The notes: generated by a model from the sequence alone, not told the origin. Counted from the whole stretch's first letter, positions 1 to 13,170 are shown. The stretch: DNA of 62,986 bases, filler included, from Gonapodya sp. JEL0774 (GCA_027604505.1; 53 parts of 53 records of this genome joined end to end with filler, not necessarily neighbours in it); one strand, 5' to 3'. Numbers and translations are program-made.

Positions 1-959
1 TCGAGTAAGAGGTCCGCTATGGATGCGGAGAGGGGGAATAGTGTCATGTCAACACCATAAGAATATGCGTTGAAGACCATAGGGACAAGACAAACGTCAG
101 CTAAGAATGGAGAGATGGTGATGGAGTGTACGTCTGATCGAGCAAATGTGCGAAATTACGCTAGACCAACCCATTGTGACTTTGTCCCCAACACAGTATC
201 GACCATGGGTAGACTGAATAGCCCTTTCCATTCCTATTCAAGGAGCAGAAAATATTGACGGCAAACAACGAAGAAGAAGTAGCTCAAACAAAAGTCTCAA
301 CTCTCACCCTCAAAACGTTCTGTGATTACGTCGGCTGCCGCTTTTCGTACACTCTCAGTATCACTGACATTGACGCCTTTATATCGGTGAAGAATTCGAA
401 GACTTTGAAGGGGGTGAATATCAGATATCACTATCGAAACGAGAGAACGAACCTGCGAGTAAGGTCATGAAAAGAAAATTCTCTGCCTATCAGAGGTATG
501 AATGTGTACCAAATTGGCGAGCTCATTCTACTCACATGGGCTCGAAGCAGCGGATCTCTGGGCAAAAGTTGGTGATGGGGAACTGTTTCCTCCAGATACT
601 CAAGGATCGCCGAGGATTGTGTGATTCTCCAGGAGTTATCGACCACCATTGTTGGTATGGTACGAGTCGGCGAAATCTCTGCATACCATGGCTGATGCTG
701 GTGTGCCGCACAGGCAGAAAGATTGAGACAGAATTGCGAGAAACGAAGAGACTTGAAGACCCCACGTGTTCTTTTCTTGGGGCATTGACGTATACGTGTT
801 CGAACTAAGGATAGCACAAGCATCATCTTTGGATCGGCCAACCAGACGACTCGGAGACCGGCAGCCACTCACAGGAACACTTTTCCAGTGGAGAGCATTG
901 CGGACACGCCAACCACAAGATGAGCGATAGTACGAATAGAGTTTTAATGTCGGTGTCAT
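1..959 (-). CDS. Glutathione S-transferase zeta / maleylacetoacetate isomerase, multi-exon, 3' partial
   Basis: LKLYSYYRSSCGWRVRNALHWK (zeta SSC motif), ITQSSAILEYLEE, LLPRDPLLRAHV, ISDIHPLQSLR, RYCVGDKVTMADVCLVP, joined across GT-AG introns. Confidence 0.92.
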
Positions 960-1098
960 TGTGGGAGATGAAGTTGGTGTAAATATGGCACTTCAGGCCC
1001 CGTTGTTAGTAATGCTGTTCGTATAAGTGCCTGTGGAGGTGCTTTCCAAGAAACGGCGGACAGAGGCTGTAATCATCCCTGTGCACCAAATCACAAAA

Positions 1099-1198
1099 NN
1101 NNNNNNNNNNNNNNNNNNNNNNNNNNNNNNNNNNNNNNNNNNTTAATTAATTAANNNNNNNNNNNNNNNNNNNNNNNNNNNNNNNNNNNNNNNNNNNN
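1099..1198. other. Artificial contig spacer (44 N + TTAATTAATTAA + 44 N); first of 52 such spacers
   Basis: The identical 100-bp linker, with stops in all six frames, recurs about every 1.19 kb. Contig lengths fall from 1098 to 1082 bp along the window. Confidence 0.99.
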
Positions 1199-1383
1199 TG
1201 TCTCTAAGACATCGGACTAACTTCTTAATGATCAAGCATATCGGTCGTCTTGCCGATTCCAGGCATCACCTGTGCAACTCTTCGCCTGTAGGTGCGCCTG
1301 ACAAAGATCAACCCTTCACTTACGGAATTGCCTCAGCTGTAATTAGTTGGAGGTCTACAGTGATTGCTTCGTCGGGTCTCCCC

Positions 1384-2296
1384 ATGAGTGCCGAGCCCGA
1401 TGAGGCTGCAGTACTCCAAAATGCATATCTCCATGCTCAAACGCAGCCGTTTGTGATGTTCCTGCTCGTAATCAGCAGCGCGAGCATTATAACCACCCCT
1501 ATGCTGTTGGCGAATGCACTGCGCGCCATGGTAAGTCGAGTTTGTACTTCTAAAACCTCTTGCCCGCTCTTTGCATGACCCTCAACCATCCCAAAATCTC
1601 ACTCACACCTTGTACTCTCAAGAAACTTTCCAAAGTTATCGACTTTCTTTACATAAACCTTTTTATCGCTGACTTGATTTTATCCTCCTCATTATTTGTC
1701 GGGGCTGCCGCGATGGTTTCCAACTCGTGGAATCGATTCACCTGTGATGTAACTGGAGCAGTCACACAAGGCAGCGGAGGTGCAGCTATTTGGATAATGG
1801 CTCTCATGGGTGAGTTTACAGGCTAAACGACATTGCCTTTTGGTACCTTCATGCATGCTTTCGTCCGAATCAATGTGGACAGCTCTTGAGCGCTACTTTA
1901 CGATCTGTTGGCACACTGAAACGGCTCTCCACCGTACTTCATATCAGATTGGTGCCTTTTTCGGATGGATGTGGTACTTTTCAATGGCCGGAAGCGTGGC
2001 TGCTCTGCGACACAACGAGTTGGACGTTTTTCCGATTGTGAGTCCCCTCATGCATCTACAGGTGTTGCTAATCGATGCAGTAAGATCACACACCAAAGCT
2101 AGGTATGCTTGCCCAAGTATTCGTCACGCGACGCAGTCGAGCAGGGAATTTACTTGTTGGGGTATCTGATGGCGGTGATCGCAACCGCCACAGTTGGTGT
2201 GTGCTACTCTGTGATCACTCGAAGAGTTCTTCTGGTATACTCAGATATTCGAGCGATCATGGATATCTCATCTGATATACATTCAGAACCATTCCA
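1384..2296 (+). CDS. Rhodopsin-like (class A) 7TM GPCR, TM1-TM5, 3' partial
   Basis: Exons 1384-1530, 1623-1809, 1883-2037 and 2103-2296 splice in frame. Motifs: TM2 YINLFIADL, TM3 Cys (FTCDVTG), ALERY, ECL2 Cys (VCLP), TM5 VCYSVI. Confidence 0.82.
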
Positions 2297-2396
2297 NNNN
2301 NNNNNNNNNNNNNNNNNNNNNNNNNNNNNNNNNNNNNNNNTTAATTAATTAANNNNNNNNNNNNNNNNNNNNNNNNNNNNNNNNNNNNNNNNNNNN

Positions 2397-3494
2397 TGCT
2401 TCGCTTTCTCCTCTTGGTCCCTGAGCCACTCCGCGTTCGTCGCTCGCCACAGCAGTTCCTTGGCCTTGGATTCCTCTTCGTCGTAGATGGCTCCCGCCAC
2501 TTCCTCGTCATCGTCCAAATCCGACAGTCTCATATCTTCCTCATCTTCTTGTGGAACCATCGGTGCCGCGTCTCCTGTACTCATTGTGCTTTCAGGAAGC
2601 ACCGCTGCATCTTTCGGGGCTCCATCGTCTGCCGTACTGCTTTCAGGAGGCAACGCCGCAACCATCGGTGCGTCCAGGTTCGCCAAGGGTAGTTTTCGTG
2701 ACAGAGCGGCCAACTGAGGCATGAAAGCTACAAAGTCCTCCTCGATCGTGCGCTCGACCGACGCATCGCCGTCCACCCCGGTCACAGAACCCGATGATTG
2801 GCCAGCCTCCAAAAGCAGTTCCCTCGCATTTTCCTCCAACACTTCTCTCTCCTCTTCCTGCTCCCTCATTCTATCTGTCATCTCATCCCCCTCCTCGTCT
2901 GCTTGAAAAGTAACCCTCTTCCCCTTCTTTGCCGCATGCGCCGACGTACCAAGGTCCTTGTGCGCACCACCACCGCCTTCGAAAGTTTTGCCCAAAGCTC
3001 TCTCCTTTTCCGCTTCCAGGGCGCGAGCATAGGCGGGCGGCATCTCGTACGGGTCCAGCCACACACCGGCTTGGAAGATGTCGTGAGGGGTAAGCGACGA
3101 TGTCGGTGTGGCAGAAAAATCGTCCAGTCTGGCAATGGCGGCAGGGCGATACTGGAGCTCAGTATAAAGCGCGTCTACCGAACCGGGGGAGCTTCGAGCT
3201 GACGAGAACCACTCACCTCTTCTTCAATGTTACCTCGCACACCTTGGCAACAGCAACCACCTCTTTTTGCGTTCTCTTAAAGTTGAACATCCTCCCTGCG
3301 ATCAACAATGCCGCTGCACAGAGCCCCGCCGGTCGCCTACCCCAATGAATCCAATCCCTCTCCATCCTCTGCACCAACCGCGTCGCACGATCCACCACGT
3401 CCCGGGTCTTTTCGCCGAAATCGAGTTTGGCGGCGAAGCGGTGGAGATATAGGGCGGGTTCGATTGCGGGGAGGGAGGTTATATATTTTTCGAT
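2397..3494 (-). CDS. BRF1: TFIIIB subunit Brf1, internal fragment
   Basis: [37 protein letters not shown] (second cyclin fold) and [10 protein letters not shown]...[13 protein letters not shown] (Brf1 homology block). Confidence 0.95.
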
Positions 3495-3594
3495 NNNNNN
3501 NNNNNNNNNNNNNNNNNNNNNNNNNNNNNNNNNNNNNNTTAATTAATTAANNNNNNNNNNNNNNNNNNNNNNNNNNNNNNNNNNNNNNNNNNNN

Positions 3595-4164
3595 GTCAGA
3601 ATAACTCCAGAAACGGGTGCGTTCTCTGTAATCGTACATATTCGCCATCAGCGAACAACCGAAACCATTGCCCAATCAAAGGCAGTCCACTTTCACCTTT
3701 TAGAATCTTCACGAAAGCATCCTACATCATAAAGAAAGCGATGAGTATCCCAAACTTTCCATCCACAAAAATGTGATGATTTGATCTCCCAGCGAGCGAC
3801 CAATCTGACCTTTGGACAAATATCACTAATTCCAGTCCGAATGAATTCCACTCTGCAGAACCAAATGAGCTCAATCAAGTTAGTGAAAATTTCGGTGCTG
3901 GCGAGGATGGTACTCTCCACCAATGTACCTGGTCTCCTTCTCGAGTGCTTCCATTGCCTTTGGAGTCATTTCCCGCGCGATGACGATGCGAGGCTTATTT
4001 GAACCCACGCCCACAGCTGATGACAGTGCGCGAGAAGAACGGACGTGCAAGTTTGATTTTGGAACAGTGACCCAACTGCGAGAAATCACCGAGACAGAGC
4101 GATTGACCGATGCTCTTGCACATGAAACAACGCGACCGCCGTCGGGGATTGTTCGTGCCAGCAT
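3595..4164 (-). CDS. Probable D-2-hydroxyacid dehydrogenase / glyoxylate reductase N-terminus with mitochondrial presequence
   Basis: Arg/Ser-rich leader, then KPRIVIAREMTPKAMEALEKE, followed by short exons RVEFIRTG..., DAFVKILK and ENAPVSGVIL. Confidence 0.5.
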
Positions 4165-4797
4165 TGGCGCACGATGCGATGGCTCAAAAAGAACGGAAAC
4201 TTGAGGATAAAGCGGAACCGAATCGACAGATTTCGGGTTGATCAAGATGTTGGGGTGTTCCTGGGGTCCTGCAGCCATTCTAGATTCCAACCAATCACCC
4301 CCAGCATAAACACTGAAGTCATCACGCGAGTAGAACGCCTTTCCAGTTATTTCGTTGCTGATTTTATACGAGTTAATCCGACTTTCCCGAGAAGACTACT
4401 GTTCAAACATAAAGTATTAACCAGGCACTCGATACATTGACCGAGAGATTATAATATTCGCAGAATATTCACTGGGCACTAAGGAACTGGATGGGTTGCA
4501 GGCAGGCTGTGGGCGGTCAAGTGTTGGTGTTTTTTTCGAACACTTGTTGCAGAACAAACTATTTCAAGGGATCAACTGCATCGTGACGTGATCTCGCTTT
4601 CGAGCAGCGGTAGTGACCGAGAAAGAATATCGTGTGGTCGAGAGCGGGGCGATAAGGCGTTTATCGCACGGGAACGGGACCAGTGGTAGAANNNNNNNNN
4701 NNNNNNNNNNNNNNNNNNNNNNNNNNNNNNNNNNNTTAATTAATTAANNNNNNNNNNNNNNNNNNNNNNNNNNNNNNNNNNNNNNNNNNNNTCAATC

Positions 4798-5887
4798 ATG
4801 GATCCAGCTGCTGTATCGCATTATGGGCAGCTTATGGACTCGGTGTCCGCGATCGATGCCGAACTCGGGGCCAACATGGCGAATCAGGAATCGTACGTTG
4901 CGCAACTTCAGCAATCAGTCGCAGGGAAGACAGCAGAAGTGACGGCATTGGCGAAGAAAACGTGAGTGGTGGTGAAGTGTCAATCGGTCGGATTCAGAGG
5001 TTGACCCGGCAGAACAACCATCAGTGCAAAAGAGGGCAAGGACGCCCGAGGAATGGCAACTGGAAGAAGCTTTAAGGCATTTGGAGCCAAACTCAAGGTG
5101 AGCGCGGCAGAAGTGCCCCACAACGGGGTGACGCTCCCTCAGGTAACCAACGTACGCCACACTTCCGATCTTGAACGCGCATCATCAAGGGAAATTACGA
5201 GGCTACCAAACAGAAGGAAGAAGCGGAGTACGCAAACGCACTTCAACAGGAAAACATGGCAAGGGAGGCTCTGGCGGAACTTCAGAGACAGCTGAGCGAG
5301 GCAACAAATGTGGTGAGTCTCCTTGTCAAAACTGAATTTCCGGTCCATTCCGTTCGGTGGTGATCATATTAATGTTCTGCGTGTTTATTTGTGTAGCTAA
5401 ATGGCTACAAAGCTAAACAACAGCAGGCGGGCCAAATGCGACAACAAATGGACAATATTTTGGAGCAGGTGAGTGTTCAAACAGTGAGACTGCTCCGATA
5501 ACTGACTCACCGGAACTGGCGTTCGAAAAAGGTATTCAATGGGCCTACGCCGGAGTTCCCCGAGGAAGATGCCTACGAGAACGCCACAAACGCCGCCTAC
5601 TCCAACTATCTCTCGGTGAGTTTGCAGGCAAAACCTCGACTGCGATTGGCTCTCGCTGAAGTTTCACCTCCCACCGACTCAGGCCTCTCAATATCTCCCC
5701 AACGTCCGGCAAGTTGATCAGCTCCTCCAACAGGCAAACGTGAATCTCCATCAAGCCATCCGGGCGCTGCAGTCGGCTGATACAATGGCAACGGTGGATA
5801 TGTTTTCCGATAGCTTGTTTGTGGAACTGGCGAAGCAAAACGGCATGGCTGGTGGGTATCACTGCGGTGATACCTGGCACGTCAGTG
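4798..5887 (+). CDS. Conserved hypothetical coiled-coil protein, multi-exon, partial
   Basis: Spliced exons give helical Q/E/A-rich sequence with VFNGPTPEFPEED and ATVDMFSD motifs. Confidence 0.6.
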
Positions 5888-5990
5888 NNNNNNNNNNNNN
5901 NNNNNNNNNNNNNNNNNNNNNNNNNNNNNNNTTAATTAATTAANNNNNNNNNNNNNNNNNNNNNNNNNNNNNNNNNNNNNNNNNNNNCCA

Positions 5991-7083
5991 ATGGCAGCCT
6001 TGATCAACTCGTGGCTTCAGTCCACTTCCTTCCTTGGCGCAGCGTACGCAATCACCAAAAACGGAGTTCCGGAAGTCGTGCCCCTGGACGGACCGGGAAT
6101 CGACATTAAACAGCTCGCTTCTCAAACCAAGACAAAACCTGAAGAACTCAGTGAGATTCCACGCGGGTCCAGAGTGCTCGTGAGATGGTAGATACAATTG
6201 TCTAACTCACCGTCGCCCCGTTTTCTTGTACCAGACCGCCTCCTCCGCGCTCTCTCCTCATTTGGAATCTTCTCCCAACCAACCCTCGACCACTGGACTC
6301 ATACCCCCCAATCCGCCCCGCTCCGCAAAGACCACCCAAAATCTATCACTGCGTTGGTCCTCCACGCTGGCTCAGTGGGTATACCCAGTCTGGTGAAGCT
6401 CGACGAGTTCGTCAAGGAAGGGGAGGACGAGAGGACGAGCTTCGAGAGGGCAGCTGGGGTTCCGCGTGAGTCGTGGATATCTTTCCGCGCTCTGTTGTTG
6501 TGATCGCATTGCTAAATGAATTGCACTCTTCTGGCCTCACTGGTCGCACCCGACATGTCGGACCCCAGTCCACGACTGGTTCGCCCAGTACGAAACTCTC
6601 CAAGTCAACCTCCACAAACACATGACACAAGAACGTCTCATGACTCCACTTCTGGCGGAATTCGATTGGAACTCGTTCGCGGGGAAGACGATTGTTGATC
6701 TGGGTGGCGGGTTGGGCGAGGACTTGGAGTGAGTGCACGACGAGAAACGGGGCACTGTGGTCGGGTGCGCTTGAGAGGATATCGAGCTATCAAAGAGACC
6801 ACGGAGCGTGGAATCTCAATGAGAGTGCGGGCAGGTCTCAGCGCCCAGGAACCTTCAGTACATGATGACTGGAAACGATTCCAAGCGGGAATGTTGCCCA
6901 GTTCACTCACACGCATCAGAACTGACCGTTTCCCACTAACTCCAGTGAAATCCTTAGTGAATACCCATCCATCACTCATGGCATTGTCCTCGACACTCCC
7001 ACCGTCGTCGCCAAAGCCGTTCTCCCTGACAACCCCCCTAGCACCAACCCCCGTCTCGAATTCCTCGCCGGAGATTTCCACCG
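5991..7083 (+). CDS. O-methyltransferase (Methyltransf_2 type), partial
   Basis: Dimerisation region RLLRALSSFGIF, SAM-binding FDWNSFAGKTIVDLGGGLG, and RLEFLAGDF. Confidence 0.9.
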
Positions 7084-7409
7084 NNNNNNNNNNNNNNNNN
7101 NNNNNNNNNNNNNNNNNNNNNNNNNNNTTAATTAATTAANNNNNNNNNNNNNNNNNNNNNNNNNNNNNNNNNNNNNNNNNNNNTACTACTAGATAGGCGA
7201 ACAGAACCGACAAGGGGTTCATTTCCAGAGCTCTTGACGCTTTCTTATACTTTCAAGATCGCGATTTTGAAAGTTGAATTTACGTAAGGGGCATTTTACA
7301 AATTTCTGAAGCGAATATTGTCAATCAACTATCCAATTGCTGAAAGTAAGCGTCAATTGAAAGTTCCGAAGTTACCACTCCTTGTACTTTCATATTCGCT
7401 TTATGCCTC

Positions 7410-8279
7410 TTAGGCGGTCGGGTGGGTTACTTCCATTTCTTCGTCATCGTCGTAAATTGCCAACATTGCGTCAAGATCATCAAGCGTGAAGTCAGCCGCT
7501 GCTCCGTTGGCGTCTTCAGATTCGTCCAGGTTCGGAGGCTCGGCGATGATGATTGCGGGACTTTTCAGAAGGTGAAGCAACCGTTGTTCAATGCATAAGA
7601 TTCTGTTAATGGCGCTTCCCCCTGCAGGTACTTGAATGCGACGCTAAATCGTGCCACTCACCCCCTTATGACCAGTACCTGCTTGGCTTTTTTCAATTTC
7701 GGACCCGTCATGACCTTAGTGGCGATTCTGTTGCGCCTCATATTGGGCCGGAAGGAGGAAGCACTGAAGCGCAAAACAGAGTTCAAGTGCCAGCAGGTCG
7801 TACAGTACATAGTTAGAACATTCTGCGGAAACTAAAACGGATCCCAGGGTCAGTGATCCTTACCTGTCAGTTACGATGTTGAGACGGGGGAACCCGAGCT
7901 CCTCCCATCTGCAGCGTGAATCGTGTTGATCGGTGCAGAAAATTGGAACCAGCAGTCAGTGATCAGCTAACCCACAGGAAAGGCCCACCGAAAACGACTT
8001 TAACATGTCGAAACGCACCCATGGGCCAAGCTTATCTCGATACCTGGGAGCTCGGTATGTATTTTGCCCTTCTCAGTCGGGTCTGACAGCAGAACTTCTT
8101 TGATCACACGCTCATGCCTCTCCACCGAGCTTCCGTCGCCAGTGATGATCGGTATCTGTACTTCAACAGGATCACTTGACCATGTGGCAAGCGCCGCGTC
8201 GTCGTCCGTGTCGTCGGAAGATGGAAGCGATGGAATGTATACCGCGGTGAAACTCGTCCGCTGAGCACTTATGTATGGA
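7410..8279 (-). CDS. Hypothetical protein, C-terminal exons
   Basis: Open exons with GT-AG boundaries ending ...DFTLDDLDAMLAIYDDDEEMEVTHPTA*. No family recognised. Confidence 0.4.
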
Positions 8280-9836
8280 NNNNNNNNNNNNNNNNNNNNN
8301 NNNNNNNNNNNNNNNNNNNNNNNTTAATTAATTAANNNNNNNNNNNNNNNNNNNNNNNNNNNNNNNNNNNNNNNNNNNNGTACTATGGAGGGTGGTGACG
8401 TGGGGTTGGAGTTACTGCAGGGTTGAAATGCCGGGGATCCCGGGATCAGCAAGGCGCCAACGATGAGAACTAGCATGCCAGCAACTGTGGCATCACGCCT
8501 TTTACGTTCACCAACTTTTCGCAAACATGGACGGGACTGGACCCTCTTTTTACTTGTTATTCTTTTCACTTCACACGAGAGGACGTTGCATCGACATTCT
8601 GATTTGCAGTCGATTTGGGATTTCTTGTTTGAGTCCCCAACCCTCTATCCAACACTGTTACCATGCTGGTTCTGTTTTGACATACTTTTGGACTCTACGT
8701 TCCAGTCTGTTCTCTCTTTTCCCCATTGTGGTTGTTCGCTTCATTGTTTTTTTTTCGGCTATCAATGAATTCCATGTTGCCGGACTCGGGCCAAGCTTTT
8801 CGTCGTTGGTGGGAGGCATTGGATCCCTCCGCGGCGGTTTTGCCATGTGTGGAGCCGTATTTTCAAGTGGTTTTCGCAGATGCACACTGCCTGGCAACCT
8901 TACTGGTGGGACTCGGCAACCTGCGAGGGACGTACAGTCTGTTGCTGGATGCGCACATGTTGCTGCGTGTATTACTTAGTTGTCTCTTCGCCCCATCACA
9001 GTGTAGCATCACACCATTAATAATTCATATATCAGAGAAGTGGCTGTTGTCTCGAGCGATCTACATATATTCGATGTGCTACTGTGGCTTGACTCTCTGG
9101 CGAACTTTCGAGTTCCGAGACAACGCGCTTTGTGGAATTTGATTCAGTTAGTCATGCTCGATTTTTCTCCGGGACTAACCGGTGTCAGTGTTTGAGCGTC
9201 GGCACATTCGTGCCTTGTTGGTCATTGTTGGCTCCCGGTCGAGGATTATGGCTAGCGGCTGCGAACACCAGACACACCATGCTCTTCGGGGTGATTGTAT
9301 GTATTTGTGCATCACAGTCCCAGTTTGCATCGGAGCGAAGCAAAACTCTTTCTTCACCGGATACAGCGGGGTCCCACAGCACCCAGGTTGGTCAAAGCAG
9401 GCCTCATAGGGTGCAAATCGCTGGTCTCAGCATCTAAATGCTTCACAATCCACATATAAGAACTCAATTACATCGNNNNNNNNNNNNNNNNNNNNNNNNN
9501 NNNNNNNNNNNNNNNNNNNTTAATTAATTAANNNNNNNNNNNNNNNNNNNNNNNNNNNNNNNNNNNNNNNNNNNNATGTGTACTAGTGGACGTCCGAGTT
9601 CAGGTTTATGAGACATACAAGACAATCACGGCAGCCCTCGTTCATGATGGAATTGTTCTGTTGCATCCTCCAGAGATTTATATTGCCTTGCACGAATCCA
9701 AAGAAAACTATGCAGCTCTCAATCCTGACAAAGCACAAAAGTACGGTACAAATAATTGGCCAAGTATCCGTGCATGTTCGTTGGGTGCTTGTCCCACTCC
9801 CACTTTCCAACTCCGTTGAGGACCGACAGGAAATCC

Positions 9837-10088
9837 ATGTCACTTTACAGCTTTCCAAGCGAGATTATCATTTCCATCTTCGAGTACCTCTCCCCATGCG
9901 ATGAGCTTCACTTTGCTCATTCCGCCCGCCGGTTCCCCCCAATCCCACTCACCGCTCGCGACACCGCAAATCTCGTCGCCCTACTCCGCATCCCATTCTC
10001 CATCACCTGGGAAGTTGTCTCTGACGCACGGTTTGCCGCTGTTGACGCTCGACAAAAGCAGAGAGGGACCTCATGCGCTGCGGGTTGA
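9837..10088 (+). CDS. F-box-like protein N-terminus, possibly a disrupted gene
   Basis: MSLYSFPSEIIISIFEYLSP...FAHSARRF fits the F-box pattern. The frame stops at 10088 with no clear intron. Confidence 0.6.
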   Translation: MSLYSFPSEIIISIFEYLSPCDELHFAHSARRFPPIPLTARDTANLVALLRIPFSITWEVVSDARFAAVDARQKQRGTSCAAG

Positions 10089-10771
10089 ACCATGAATGTT
10101 CAACAGGCTGAATATTACAATCCGCCGCCGCCCTTGTGTTGGGATAAGTGTCTCCTTCAGCCTCAATTCAGAATCAAGAGCATGGACTCGTTGCTAGCCC
10201 GGTACAGCGTTCCAGCTGAGGCCCTGGCTTTCGCCCACCCGTTACAGAACGACGGAGAGCGATTCTTTTGGAAGAGCGAGGCAAAAGGAGTTGTCACCAA
10301 GTGGAAAAATGCACCGGGAGCTCATCATTCGCCTCGCCAACGGGATTGGCATTGACGCTCGTGTAGGACACGGAGATATTCTTGAGAGATAGGTCCGAGC
10401 ATCCGATGCCCACCCCCGTGGATTTCTGATCACGATAAGGAAAGAACTGTCGAGGAGACTCCACAGGGTGCGCGAGCATCGTGCGACCCACTTCACACCT
10501 CGCGGACACCTGCAAGTAGTGGATGACCCCGACGCGGCGGTGTACGAGAGAGAGGGGAATGAGATAGCTTTGTTGGCACTTCGGGAGGCTGATTTCGTTG
10601 GCCGTCCGCCGATTCGTGCGATCCCGCTCCCCGGAAACCGCAGATTGATGCCCGTCGAGAGGAACTATCTTNNNNNNNNNNNNNNNNNNNNNNNNNNNNN
10701 NNNNNNNNNNNNNNNTTAATTAATTAANNNNNNNNNNNNNNNNNNNNNNNNNNNNNNNNNNNNNNNNNNNN

Positions 10772-11866
10772 TATCTTCGTACAGGATCGGTGAGCTCAAT
10801 CAATCTATCAATTCGACACCTTGATTGCTGACTGGCTGGTAGTTAATGGTCGTGGTTATGGAGGACTCCGGGCGATTGGAGCATATCTACGGATCCGCAT
10901 CTATTCCTTTGTTGAACCTTGCATTGAATGACGAAGTTTCTGGGGCGTTTCAACTGCGTGTGAGATGTGTTCGACGTGCTTGTTGCTTAGAAATCTCGGG
11001 TTCCGATCATTTCTTCAATGTAGGGTGTCAATGGGGTTTCAGCAGGAACAGTTGAATTGCGAATTTGGTGGTCGCAAACGTACAAGTTGGAGGACATGAC
11101 TCCGGTTGGTTACAGTTCTCTCGTTTTATGTTTGTATGGCGCCTACAATCCAAACTTGTGAGAACTAGATCATCTCGAGGTACGATCCACACGAAAGTAC
11201 CACAAAAAGTGACGACAATGTGACTCCTGGGATATTGGCGCGGCGAGACCCTGAAGCACCTAGAGACAAGAGAAAGACAACACGTAATGACCCCTCCTCC
11301 ATGATGAACGCAATGTGGGCGAAAAAATGAATCTCATGCACTTGTATTGATCTCTATAGACGACTTCGCGGCATCTAGTAGTATTCCAATGCCGGAGCAG
11401 TCTCTCACCAAGAGCGGCGGAGGTCCATTAGAGAATCATTTATTGTCCACAAGCACGGCTCCTAAGCCACAAGGACTGAAGGAAGGTGTGCTTGAAGATG
11501 ATGTGAGACTTGAAACTGGTCTTCGCAAAAATCAAAACCATCTGAAAGGTTGCCCGAAGCCAACCCCTGCGTTGACCCTAACCCTTGGAGGTCTCAGTTT
11601 TGATCAAACAAACCAGGATTTCTTGGATCGCCTCAGTGATATTCGAGATATTTATCTTAGTTACAACTTTTTGCGATCACCTCTTTCAGAAACTGAGTCG
11701 CAAAGCTCTGAGTTTAACAAGGTCGATGCTACTGTCAAGTTCCAGTTTAGTCAGAGTGAGCGACTGCACAAGTACTCGGAATCTCATCTACTGGCCTCAT
11801 TCATTCACCAAAATTAATTATCTAGCTTTCGATTTTTCATTGAATTCAAAAGATCGAGAAGTCCTT
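10772..11866 (+). CDS. RPGRIP1L: RPGRIP1L/MKS5-like ciliary transition-zone protein (C2 and RPGR-interacting domains), fragment
   Basis: YGSASIPLLNLALNDEVSGAFQL...AGTVELRIWWSQTY resembles the second C2 domain. IRDIYLSYNFLRSPLSETE...VKFQFSQ...FSLNSKDREVL resembles the C-terminal RID. Confidence 0.72.
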
Positions 11867-12108
11867 NNNNNNNNNNNNNNNNNNNNNNNNNNNNNNNNNN
11901 NNNNNNNNNNTTAATTAATTAANNNNNNNNNNNNNNNNNNNNNNNNNNNNNNNNNNNNNNNNNNNNGGCGAGAGCTTCCCTCGCAAGGGTTCTTTCGGTT
12001 GCAATCGCGTTCAATTATCAACCGATCCATCTTGTTGTGATCGTGGTACTGCCAACTCACGCGTTCATACATACACCCACTCTTTCCCGCCACCCCACCC
12101 CTCCGCAG

Positions 12109-12368
12109 TAAAACACCAACGCGACATCGTCGGTGCCTCCCTCGAAGCCATCCGCGCCCGGCGCAACATGAAACCCGAGGCCCGTGAAGCCGAGCGGAAA
12201 AAGGCCGTGGAAGCAGCTAAGGACAAGAAGAAGAAGGAGCAAGAGGAGAAGAAGAAGGCCAAGGCAAAGGTGGCGGCGCCGGCCAAGGGGGCCAAGCAGG
12301 TACAGGCGAAAGTCAGCAAGATGCAGGCTAAGGGGGCGCCGGCAAAGGTGGCGGCGAAGTCGCGTTAA
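12109..12368 (+). CDS. RPL24: 60S ribosomal protein L24, last exon
   Basis: KHQRDIVGASLEAIRARRNMKPEAREAERKKA plus a Lys/Ala-rich tail and stop. Confidence 0.93.
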
Positions 12369-13170
12369 GGGGGTGTGGCGGCTGGGGTCGGGGAAGGAGG
12401 GGACGGTGGTGGTGGAGAGGATATTGGCGGTTCGGGATCGAGTGGTCGAGTTGAATATATTGCACGTATTTTCGATACCACTTCGCTCCGGTGCCTACTG
12501 CTGCTGTCTTTTGCTTGCTCATACGTGGGTTGTCTGTCATGCGTTGTTGAGATGCTCATCTTTGTGCATGCATGTGGAATCAATCCTCAACAGTTCGACT
12601 TGGAAACCCAACGGGAATTCTTCAACCGTCCAGAGACCCACGGCATGAATGGCACACGCGTGTCCAAGTTCCTTTTTGCGTGTCGGCATGATGGCATCAT
12701 GTCTTTGCTCCGGTGTTGTCAAACCGCAGACCAATTCAAGGAACAACACCAGATCGAAAGTTCCCCCCTCCCGCAGCGACTTGTCAAAGATGGCCTGAAT
12801 TTCTTGGCATGGCCGTGGGGTTTGAATAGGAAAAGCGTGCACCCATGGGCCATCGGGTGCTTTCCTGTCTGCGTGGTCCTCATTGGCAACCTCGGATCGG
12901 AAACTATCGGCAATCATGACGCTCCCCTTCCTATGTACTTACCGAGTGCCAGCCTGAGCGACCAACGGACTGAATGTCAATCGCAGGATTAATCAGGGCT
13001 CCAGGCATCCGCGTGATCGAAGGCGATGACTGGATCAGGCAACCGGTCATCCCATAACCCCNNNNNNNNNNNNNNNNNNNNNNNNNNNNNNNNNNNNNNN
13101 NNNNNTTAATTAATTAANNNNNNNNNNNNNNNNNNNNNNNNNNNNNNNNNNNNNNNNNNNNGGTACTCAC

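Noticed and set aside
12537..12917. 126-aa minus-strand ORF convergent with RPL24
   Set aside because: It may be a terminal exon, but no family or convincing splice context was found.
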